Below are positions 56,969 to 64,000 of a stretch of 64,000 nucleotides of DNA, piece by piece. This DNA is from Alphaproteobacteria bacterium. GTDB lineage: Bacteria; Pseudomonadota; Alphaproteobacteria; GCA-2731375. The stretch spans positions 2,464,001 through 2,528,000 of the forward strand of contig CBDDPY010000002.1 of assembly GCA_965232515.1 (NCBI GenBank). Reading direction: 5' to 3'. The notes under the pieces are model-generated. The model was not told the DNA's origin. It was given only the letters and a program-made list of their open reading frames with translations, and did no database searches. Numbering within the stretch: position 1 is the stretch's first letter; each line of letters starts with the position of its first letter. Made by a program: the position numbers and the translations under genes.

Positions 56969-57868
56969 CTATTTCTGGAACCGCTGTTCCAGCGCCAGCC
57001 AGCGGTCGTAGTCGAACAGATCCCAGAGTTGGCGGTGGTCGAACATGCGGTCGCGCCAGCTCTCCGTCGTGCCCGATGTCATCAGCGTCTCGAGCAGGTC
57101 CTCGCCCATGCGCCCCAGCATGCGCGTCAGCGAGTTCGGAAAGATCGCGATGGCATAGCCCAGTTCCGACAGCCGGGCCGCCGGCAGGAACGGCGTACGG
57201 CCGCCCTCCACCATGTTGGCGAGCGTCGGCCCGTCGAAACGGTCGTTGATGGCCCGCATTTCGTCCTCGCTCTCGGGCGACTCGACGAACAGCACGTCAG
57301 CGCCGGCCTCGGCATAGGACGCGGCCCGGTCGAGCGCCGCGTCGATGCCCTCTGATGTCCGTGCGTCCGTGCGGGCGATGACCACGAAATCGTCGTCGTG
57401 CCGGGCATCGACCGCCGCCTTGATCCGGCCGGTCATCTCGGCCACGTCGGCGATCTTTCGGCCCAGCTCGTGGCCGCATTTCTTCGGCCAGACCTGGTCC
57501 TCGATCTGGATGGCGCTGACGCCGGCGCGCTCGTATTCGCGCACCGTGCGGATGATGTTGAGGGGCCCGCCATAGCCGGTGTCCGCGTCCGCCACCACCG
57601 GGATGGCCACGGTGTCGGCGATGCGGCCGACCTGGTCCACCACTTCCGAAAACGACACCAGCCCGACATCGGGCGCGCCCAGCCGACTCATCGACAGACC
57701 CGAGCCGGTGACATACATGGCCCCGAACCCCGCCGACTCGACCAGCCGCGCGGTGATGCAGTCGAACGCGCCCGGCGCCACGACGATCTCGTCGTCCGCC
57801 AGCAATGTGCGCAGCCGGGCGTTCCTGCCGTCGACGTCGCGCAGGCCCGTGGGATACGCCTCACTCAT
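56969..57868 (-). CDS. Isocitrate lyase/PEP-mutase-family protein
   Basis: APGAFD, DADTGYG, IEDQVWPKKCGH, ARTDA, ANMVEGG.TP. Confidence 0.92.
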   Translation of the reverse strand: MSEAYPTGLRDVDGRNARLRTLLADDEIVVAPGAFDCITARLVESAGFGAMYVTGSGLSMSRLGAPDVGLVSFSEVVDQVGRIADTVAIPVVADADTGYGGPLNIIRTVREYERAGVSAIQIEDQVWPKKCGHELGRKIADVAEMTGRIKAAVDARHDDDFVVIARTDARTSEGIDAALDRAASYAEAGADVLFVESPESEDEMRAINDRFDGPTLANMVEGGRTPFLPAARLSELGYAIAIFPNSLTRMLGRMGEDLLETLMTSGTTESWRDRMFDHRQLWDLFDYDRWLALEQRFQK

Positions 57869-58539
57869 GACGCCGCCCGTTCCGTCACGGCCGCGGCGCG
57901 CCAGACGTTCAGAATCTCATCGGCGTCGTGCAGCGGATAGCGCTCCTCGAACAACCGCATCGAGCCCTCGTGCTGCGCCCGGTTCGGGCTGCCGACGCCG
58001 TCGCGCACGACGACCACGTAGTAGTCGTGGTAGGACGCCGCGCGCACCGTCGACTCGACGCAGCCCTCGGTGTTGTAGCCCAGCACCACCACCGTCTCGA
58101 TGCCGCGCCCCCGCAGCTTCTCGTCCAGGTCGGTGCGGTGAAAGGCGTCGGGCCGAAACTTCACCAGGTCCATATCCGCCGGCCCCGGCGCCAAGCCATC
58201 CGCCAGCGCCGCACCCCAACTGCCGGCGAGCGTATAGTCCGGCGCCTTGCCGTCGCGGTTCTTGAAGCGCAGCCAGGCCGGCGAATCGCTGGCGTTGTCC
58301 GGCAGCGTCTGCTGTTGGATGAACACGACAGGCACGCCCAGCGCCTGCGCCTCGGCGACGAAATCGACGATGCCCGGCAACTGCGCCTGCACCAGCGTCA
58401 TATCCTTGCCGGCTTGCGCGAAATGCCCGTCGTCGTGACAAAAATCGTTCTGCACGTCGACCAGCAGCACCGCCGTATGCGCCGGCGCGACCAGCTCGCC
58501 GATCGTATCCAAGACCCAGACGCCATTGATCTGCTTCAT
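57865..58539 (-). CDS. Isochorismatase-family cysteine amidohydrolase
   Basis: VDVQNDF, GSWG, K.R.DAF..T.L, TEGCVEST (D-K-C triad). Confidence 0.9.
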   Translation of the reverse strand: MKQINGVWVLDTIGELVAPAHTAVLLVDVQNDFCHDDGHFAQAGKDMTLVQAQLPGIVDFVAEAQALGVPVVFIQQQTLPDNASDSPAWLRFKNRDGKAPDYTLAGSWGAALADGLAPGPADMDLVKFRPDAFHRTDLDEKLRGRGIETVVVLGYNTEGCVESTVRAASYHDYYVVVVRDGVGSPNRAQHEGSMRLFEERYPLHDADEILNVWRAAAVTERAAS

Positions 58540-58689
58540 GCCCGCACCCCGATTGTCCTGACCAGCCGGCAGCATAGCCGAGCCGCCCGTCCCCGTCATG
58601 CGGGCGTCCCGCGCTCTGGTGTCCGCGCGCGAAGCATGCTGTGATCGCGCCGCTATTTGTCCCGGATCACAGCCGTATCGTCAGGGGGA

Positions 58690-58962
58690 ATGACGTTCCA
58701 ATCGCAAATGCTCGCCGTCGCCGGCCTGCTTCTGCTTGCCGCCGGCTGCGCCGGCCCGCCGAACCTGATCTCCGGCACCGCCGACAGCGTGCTGGTCGAA
58801 TACGATTTCGTCGCGCCGGTGCGCGTGACTCGGGCCGAGGCCGAGGCCAAGTGCGCCCAGTTTGGCCGCACGGCACGCTATGCCGGCGTCATCAAGTTCG
58901 TGACGCAGACCCGCCACGCCGCCGTCTACGACTGCCTGCCGCCCGACGCGGGCGGGCCTTAG
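58690..58962 (+). CDS. Small lipoprotein
   Basis: Lipobox LAAG-C; A...C..FGR.A...YDC pattern. Confidence 0.75.
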   Translation: MTFQSQMLAVAGLLLLAAGCAGPPNLISGTADSVLVEYDFVAPVRVTRAEAEAKCAQFGRTARYAGVIKFVTQTRHAAVYDCLPPDAGGP

Positions 58963-59015
58963 CCCACAATTGGCAATGCCGAATGGGAGCGGAAAGCACA
59001 TTGCCTTCAATGCCA

Positions 59016-59105
59016 CTGGATGCCCGGGTCAAGCCCGGGCATGACCGAGAAAGGGGACGAAGACCACACAAATACGTCATTGCCGGGCTTGACCCGGCAA
59101 TCCAG
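59016..59105. repeat. Alphaproteobacterial REP-like inverted pair
   Basis: CTGGATGCCCGGGTCAAGCCCGGGCATGAC ... GTCATTGCCGGGCTTGACCCGGCAATCCAG. Confidence 0.85.
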
Positions 59106-59168
59106 GGGCAAACGAGTTCCGAGTCGAAAACTCGGAGCGGCGCGCGTCAAAAAACGCTGGCGAGCGTA

Positions 59169-59366
59169 TCAGGGACCGCGGGGGCTGTACTCCTGCGCCC
59201 GCGCCCGGCGATAGGCGCGTTCGGTGCAGGCATCGATTTCGGCCTGGCTGGCGTTCGGCAAGCGCTCGCGGCATTCGCGTTCCGCCCAACCGCCGCCCCC
59301 GCCACCACTTTGACAAGCCGCCAACAGGAACGGTGCACACAACGCCACCCAGATCAGTCGTCGCAT
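59169..59366 (-). CDS. Small lipoprotein (65 aa)
   Basis: MRRLIWVALCAPFLLAA-C, Gly run, two further Cys; SD GGAGGG; TTAACCAT upstream. Confidence 0.75.
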   Translation of the reverse strand: MRRLIWVALCAPFLLAACQSGGGGGGWAERECRERLPNASQAEIDACTERAYRRARAQEYSPRGP

Positions 59367-59529
59367 ACCGCCCTCCGCGATTGATTAACCATATGTAGGT
59401 CGCCATCACCGCGCGGCAAAGCCGCCCAGAGGCGCGGCTTGCCGTTATCGCTTTGTTATGCTGCGATCTGGGATAATGAGCGGTCGCCGATACGGCCGAC
59501 ATCAACGCCTTTTTTTGGGGGATTTCCGC

Positions 59530-60447
59530 ATGTTTGCCGCGCCACCGGTGATCGAGACCGAGGTGTTCGCCCGCCTGCCCGACGCGTTCCGCGAGGGCGA
59601 CCGGCGTTCGGACTGGCTCGACGTGCAGCGCCGCGGCGCGCCGCTGGACTCGTTCCTGGAAGGCCCCTCCTTCGACCGCGACGGCAACCTCTACTGCGTC
59701 GACATCCCCTTCGGCCGGGTCTTCCGGATTTCCCCGTCGGGCGAGTTCACGCTGGTCACCGAATACGACGGCGAGCCCAACGGCCTGAAGATCCACAAGG
59801 ACGGGCGTATTTTCATCGCCGACCACAAGAACGGCATCATGCTGCTCGACCCCGACAGCGGCTCGGTCGAGCCGTTCTACGACCGGCCGGTGCTGCAGCG
59901 CTTCAAGGGCGTGAACGACCTGTTCTTCACCAGCCGCGGCGACCTCTATTTCACCGACCAGGGCCAGACCGGCCTGCAGGACCCGACCGGCCTCGTCTAC
60001 CGCCTGCGCGCCGAGGGGCCGTTCGAGACCGTGCTCGATACCTGTCCCAGCCCGAACGGCCTGGTCTTCAACCGGGACGAGACCCAGCTGTTCGTCGCCA
60101 TGACGCGGGCCAACTGCGTCTGGCGGGCGCCGCTGATGCTGAACGACACCGCCTCCAAGGTCGGCGTCTTCGTGCAGATGTCGGGCGGCGTCGGACCCGA
60201 CGGCATGGCGCTCGACGACGACGGCAACCTCGCCGTCTGCCATGCCGGCCTCGGCGCGGTCTGGCTGTTCAGCCCGCTCGGCGAGCCGCTCGCCCGCGTC
60301 AATTCCTGCGCCGGCCTGATGACTACCAACTGCGCCTATGGCGGCCCGGACAACAAGACCCTCTACATCACCGAATCCGATTCCGGCCAGATCCTGACGG
60401 CCCGCCTAGACACCCCCGGCCGCACCATGTACGCCCACATGGACTAG
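59530..60447 (+). CDS. SMP-30/gluconolactonase/LRE-family protein
   Basis: LEGP, PNGL, NDL, PNGL, GPDGMALD, TNCAYGG. Confidence 0.92.
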   Translation: MFAAPPVIETEVFARLPDAFREGDRRSDWLDVQRRGAPLDSFLEGPSFDRDGNLYCVDIPFGRVFRISPSGEFTLVTEYDGEPNGLKIHKDGRIFIADHKNGIMLLDPDSGSVEPFYDRPVLQRFKGVNDLFFTSRGDLYFTDQGQTGLQDPTGLVYRLRAEGPFETVLDTCPSPNGLVFNRDETQLFVAMTRANCVWRAPLMLNDTASKVGVFVQMSGGVGPDGMALDDDGNLAVCHAGLGAVWLFSPLGEPLARVNSCAGLMTTNCAYGGPDNKTLYITESDSGQILTARLDTPGRTMYAHMD

Positions 60448-60458
60448 GCTAAATCGGA

Positions 60459-60561
60459 TTAACCACAGAGTTCACAGAGCACACAGAGAACAAACCTGTT
60501 TTTTCGGCGCTTCGCGCCAACAAACTTTTTTCTCTGTGTGCTCTGTGAACTCTGTGGTGAA
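60459..60561. repeat. Palindromic MITE-like CACAGAG element (copy 2)
   Basis: ACCACAGAG-TTCACAGAG-CACACAGAG...CTCTGTG-TG-CTCTGTG-AA-CTCTGTGGT; same inner core as copy 1. Confidence 0.85.
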
Positions 60562-60574
60562 AAGAACTCCTGGG

Positions 60575-61774
60575 ATGACGACCACCGATCTCGCCGATCA
60601 GATCACCGCCTTCAAGCGATCCCTCGCCGATCGCAAGGACGACCTGCGGCGGGCATTCGTCGAGCTGGAGGATCACATCAAGGCCGAGGTCGACACGATC
60701 CTTGCCGACCAGGCCGCCGGCCGCGCCGTCGTTCCCGAGATCGGCTACCCCGACATCCGCGACGGCAAGGTTGGCGATGCAACGAAGGCGGCGATCCGCC
60801 GCCGCGGCGCCGTCATCATCCGCGAGGTCTTTTCCGAAGCCCAGGCGACAGCCTGGAATGCCGAGATCATTGCCTACGCCGAACGCAACGGCTTCTACGC
60901 GCAAGCCGAAGCGGCGCCCGGTGCCGGTCGGCCACAGATGCTCAGCCTCTATTGGTCGCGCGCCCAGGTTGCCGCGCGCCAGGCCCCGACGCTCGCCGAC
61001 ACCCGACGGTTCCTCAACCATCTCTGGCGCTTCGACGGCGCCGGCATCGATCCCGATCACGAATACAGCTATGCCGACCGCGTCCGCCGCCGCGAACCCG
61101 GCGACCGCACGTTGACGCTCGGCCCCCATATCGACGGCGGCGCGGCCGAGCGCTGGCTCGAGCCCGGCTTTCAACAGCTCTACGCGCCCGTGTTCGCCGG
61201 CGACTGGCGCGCCTTCGATCCCTTCGACGGCCGGTGCCGGACAACCGCGAACGCAACGCCCTCGCTGCTGGTTTGCAGCATGTTCCGCACTTGGCAGGGC
61301 TGGACCGCTCTGACGCCGCAGGGCCCGGGCGACGGCACACTGCAACTCATCCCCATCGCCCAGGGCATGACCCATATGCTGCTGCGCGCGCTGCAAACCG
61401 ACGCGCCCGACGACCAACTACCGGGCGCGGACCCCGGCCGCGGTCTCTGGCCCGACATCGACTGGCACGCGCCGCTTTTGAATGGCCTGGTCTCGATCCC
61501 GGCCGTCGGTCCCGGCGACACCGTCTGGTGGCACTGCGATCTCGTGCACGCCGTCGAGCCCCTGCACAACGGAACGGCCGAGAGCAACGTGTTCTACATC
61601 GCCGCCGCCCCCGACTGCGCCCGGAACCGCGCCTATCTCGAAAAACAAAAGGCGGCTTTCCTCGACGGCCGCAGCGCCCCCGACTTCCGGCCCGAACACT
61701 ACGAAACCGCTTACCCCGACCGCGCCACGCCCGCCGACCTCACAGATCTTGGCCGCCGGCAGATGGGGTTTTGA
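60575..61774 (+). CDS. YbiU/DUF1479 (Gig2-like) oxidoreductase
   Basis: LYWS..Q..ARQ, YADR.RRR.PG, LGPHIDGG, MFRTWQGW, GDTVWWHCDLVH. Confidence 0.9.
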   Translation: MTTTDLADQITAFKRSLADRKDDLRRAFVELEDHIKAEVDTILADQAAGRAVVPEIGYPDIRDGKVGDATKAAIRRRGAVIIREVFSEAQATAWNAEIIAYAERNGFYAQAEAAPGAGRPQMLSLYWSRAQVAARQAPTLADTRRFLNHLWRFDGAGIDPDHEYSYADRVRRREPGDRTLTLGPHIDGGAAERWLEPGFQQLYAPVFAGDWRAFDPFDGRCRTTANATPSLLVCSMFRTWQGWTALTPQGPGDGTLQLIPIAQGMTHMLLRALQTDAPDDQLPGADPGRGLWPDIDWHAPLLNGLVSIPAVGPGDTVWWHCDLVHAVEPLHNGTAESNVFYIAAAPDCARNRAYLEKQKAAFLDGRSAPDFRPEHYETAYPDRATPADLTDLGRRQMGF

Positions 61775-61831
61775 GCCCCGAGAACCTCCCACAGCCGTTC
61801 GCGTTTGGTCTAAAGGGGTCAGGTCTCGGAT

Positions 61832-62392
61832 TTAATCAGGTTGGCGACGGTACGTGTACACACGGTTTCGTCTCGATTGCTCGCCGAACAGACCCGAGCG
61901 GCGGATCGCGCCCGGCACCCAGCCGGCGATCGGAAACTGCCAGACGGCCATGACGCCGTCCGGTTTCAGCACCCGGTGCATCTCGGGCAACAGACGGTCG
62001 AGCGGCAGCGACGGGAACGGCAGCACGCCGAACAGCAGCGCCCGGTCCATGCTGGCATCGTCGAGTCCGGTATCGAGCGCATCCCGCCGCACCACGTCCA
62101 CATTGCGCAGCCCCGCCATCGCGACCTTTTCTCTTAGGCGTTCAGCATAACCCGCCAACGGTTCCATCGCGATCAGGCGACCCTGCGGGCCGATCAGCTC
62201 GGCCGCCGGCAGGGTGAAGAAGCCGGTGCCGCTGCCCACCTCCAGGACCGTCTGGCCTGGTGCGATATCGGCGCCGTGAAGGATCTTCACCGGATCGTGC
62301 AACAGGCGCCGCAGCCGGCTCTCCATGGCCCAGCCGGCAGGCTTGAAAACCAGGTTCAGGAGCCGTGAATTGCCGAGCTCTTCGGTCTTCAT
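61832..62392 (-). CDS. Class I SAM methyltransferase
   Basis: VLEVGSGTGFF, EMHRVLKPDG. Confidence 0.88.
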   Translation of the reverse strand: MKTEELGNSRLLNLVFKPAGWAMESRLRRLLHDPVKILHGADIAPGQTVLEVGSGTGFFTLPAAELIGPQGRLIAMEPLAGYAERLREKVAMAGLRNVDVVRRDALDTGLDDASMDRALLFGVLPFPSLPLDRLLPEMHRVLKPDGVMAVWQFPIAGWVPGAIRRSGLFGEQSRRNRVYTYRRQPD

Positions 62393-62474
62393 GTGTTCTG
62401 CCCCAGGTCGGCCGGGATGCCCTCCGGGGCGCAGCTTGCATGCCCCCGTCGACTGCGGTCAAACACCGGTCCGG

Positions 62475-63629
62475 CTAGTCGACCGTCCGCAGGGCGAACA
62501 GCATGGCCGACGACGACAAGCAAACCAGTCCGATGCCGCACACGGCCGCCGCCGTCCAACCGCCATGCACGACGAACAGCGCGAACAGCGGCGGGCCGGC
62601 CAGCGACCCGCTCGCGCCGGTATGCGCGATCAGCGCGTTGACGCGCGAGAGATCGCCTGCCGTCGCGATCTTCGGCAGCAGCGAGAACGCCATCGACGGA
62701 AAGACGCCCGACAGAGCATTCAAGGCGACAAAGAGGCAAACGGCCGGCGTGGCCGCGAGGGCGCCTGAAAACACGAACACGAGGAGAACCGCCGGCACGG
62801 TCAGCGCGCTCAACAGCACACCCGTCTGCCAGCCCGTCGACGCCACGCCGTACCGCGCCAGCAGCAACGGCACGATCAGCCCGGCCGCGTTGACGAAGGC
62901 GGCGAGCCCGGTCGCGAGACCGGCCGCCGAGAACGTCATGCCGAACTCGGCCACGAAAAATTCGGGCGCCAACGCCAGCATGCCGACCGTGAACGCGGTA
63001 TAGAGACCGAACCCGCCGGCGAAGACCCACGGTCGAAGATGGGCACCGTGGCGACCATCGGCGTGTTGCGCCGCGCGCTCGATGATCGGCAACGATGGCG
63101 GCAGCATGACCAGTACGAGCGCGACGCCGGCCCAGAGCCCGAGCCCGAAGCGCCAGGAGAGCAGGTCCGCCAGCGGTCCGGAAACCACGGCGCCCAGCGT
63201 GAAGCCGATCGGAAAGAACGTGCTCCAGACCGCGAGCGCCAGAGGCCGTTTCTCCACCGATACGCTGTGCGCCATCAGCACGGGCGCCGAGATCACGACG
63301 CCGAGATAGCCGAGGCCGTCGAGGACGCGGGCGGCGAACAGGAGCGTCGCGTTGCCGGACGCCGCCGCCAGCAGGCTGCCCGCCACGAACAAGAGCAACC
63401 CGGCCCTGAGCGCCCGCCGGTGCGTCTGCGCGCGCACCAGGCGTTCGGCCGACGTCGCGAACAGCGCGCCGCCGAACTCGACCAGCGAGATCAGCACCGA
63501 GCCGAGGACGAGACCGATGGCGAGCTCCCGCGAGATCGCCGGCATCAGCACCGGCATCTTGCCGAGCTGCGCCGTCGCCAGCACGCCCGTCAGGTAGAGC
63601 CAGACCAGTGTGAAGTTGCGTCGATCCAT
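62475..63629 (-). CDS. MFS transporter (CynX-like)
   Basis: AQLGK.P, RVLDG.G, WSTFFP.G, GSLAGPP; about 12 TM segments. Confidence 0.85.
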   Translation of the reverse strand: MDRRNFTLVWLYLTGVLATAQLGKMPVLMPAISRELAIGLVLGSVLISLVEFGGALFATSAERLVRAQTHRRALRAGLLLFVAGSLLAAASGNATLLFAARVLDGLGYLGVVISAPVLMAHSVSVEKRPLALAVWSTFFPIGFTLGAVVSGPLADLLSWRFGLGLWAGVALVLVMLPPSLPIIERAAQHADGRHGAHLRPWVFAGGFGLYTAFTVGMLALAPEFFVAEFGMTFSAAGLATGLAAFVNAAGLIVPLLLARYGVASTGWQTGVLLSALTVPAVLLVFVFSGALAATPAVCLFVALNALSGVFPSMAFSLLPKIATAGDLSRVNALIAHTGASGSLAGPPLFALFVVHGGWTAAAVCGIGLVCLSSSAMLFALRTVD

Positions 63630-63676
63630 GATACCCCTTGGGCGGCATCTGGCATCGCGCGGGCGCGGAACGCACG

Positions 63677-63689
63677 GAATAAAGTATTC
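63677..63689. promoter_or_regulatory. Palindromic operator in the MFS/XRE divergent promoter
   Basis: GAATA-AAG-TATTC, about 10 bp before the XRE start. Confidence 0.45.
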
Positions 63690-63698
63690 ATCGACGGC

Positions 63699-64000
63699 AT
63701 GACGGGACATCTGACGATCGGCGACAACGCGGCCTTTCTCGGCCGCAGCCTGCGCAGATGGCGGGCGATCCGGCGCTGCAAGCAGACGCATGCGGCCGAG
63801 CTGCTGAACGTCTCGCAGGCGACGGTGTCGCGCTGGGAGAACGGCACCCAGACGCCCGACCCGGACGAGCGCGCCGCCATCGCCCGCCTCCTGGCGGCCC
63901 GCCTCGACGCGCCGGCGGACCGTCAGCTCGCCCGGCTGGTCGAACGGTCCACCCTGCCGCTACATCTGGTCTGCGACCTGACCCACGACCTGCTCGCCTG
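63699..64000 (+). CDS. XRE-family HTH regulator (3'-truncated)
   Basis: MTGHLTIGDNAAFLGRSLRRWRAIRRCKQTHAAELLNVSQATVSRWENG..., open to the window end. Confidence 0.88.
   Translation, partial: MTGHLTIGDNAAFLGRSLRRWRAIRRCKQTHAAELLNVSQATVSRWENGTQTPDPDERAAIARLLAARLDAPADRQLARLVERSTLPLHLVCDLTHDLLA

Noticed and set aside
56848-60561. CRISPR array from the CACAGAG repeats or the 33966-34070 repeats
   Set aside because: The units are too short, arranged as inverted arms, lack unique 30-40-bp spacers, and no cas genes are present.

Overview
A 64-kb high-GC (roughly 65-70% by eye) chromosomal segment from an alphaproteobacterium, probably Rhodospirillales-like (gcrA, CtrA/DnaA boxes, alphaproteobacterial palindromic repeats). 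It holds about 60 genuine CDSs; most long ORFs in the track are antisense or off-frame shadows. (1) 1-6.7 kb is a cell-cycle/signalling region: gcrA, an EAL protein split by one in-frame TAG, DUF1127 and CBS genes. It ends in a dense stretch (5.5-6.7 kb) with three tiny membrane-peptide ORFs (two are apparent paralogs), a perfect CRP-type box, a CtrA-type box, an IHF + sigma54 promoter and a c-di-GMP-I riboswitch in front of a small YjfB-like protein. (2) 6.7-17.3 kb: glutaminase, trypsin-like protease, Na+/H+ antiporter with a cNMP-binding domain, MFS/LysR pair, methyltransferase and a class III adenylate cyclase. (3) 17.7-41 kb is a catabolic region: Urt/Liv-type ABC transporter, plant-type nicotinamidase, TauD, two molybdenum hydroxylase large subunits with S/M subunits and MoaD, deacetylase, PhyH and HpcH enzymes, prpB-prpF, and a gamma-glutamyltransferase. 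(4) 42-52 kb: a complete clade I nosRZDFYLX cluster with a Crp/Fnr regulator and a hemerythrin-domain gene. (5) 53-64 kb: an amidase/lyase/deacetylase/AtuA operon, small lipoproteins, a lactonase, YbiU, MFS and an XRE regulator. Several REP/MITE-like palindromes lie between genes. I saw no rRNA, tRNA, CRISPR array or transposase. All calls come from motif recognition by eye, without database searches.
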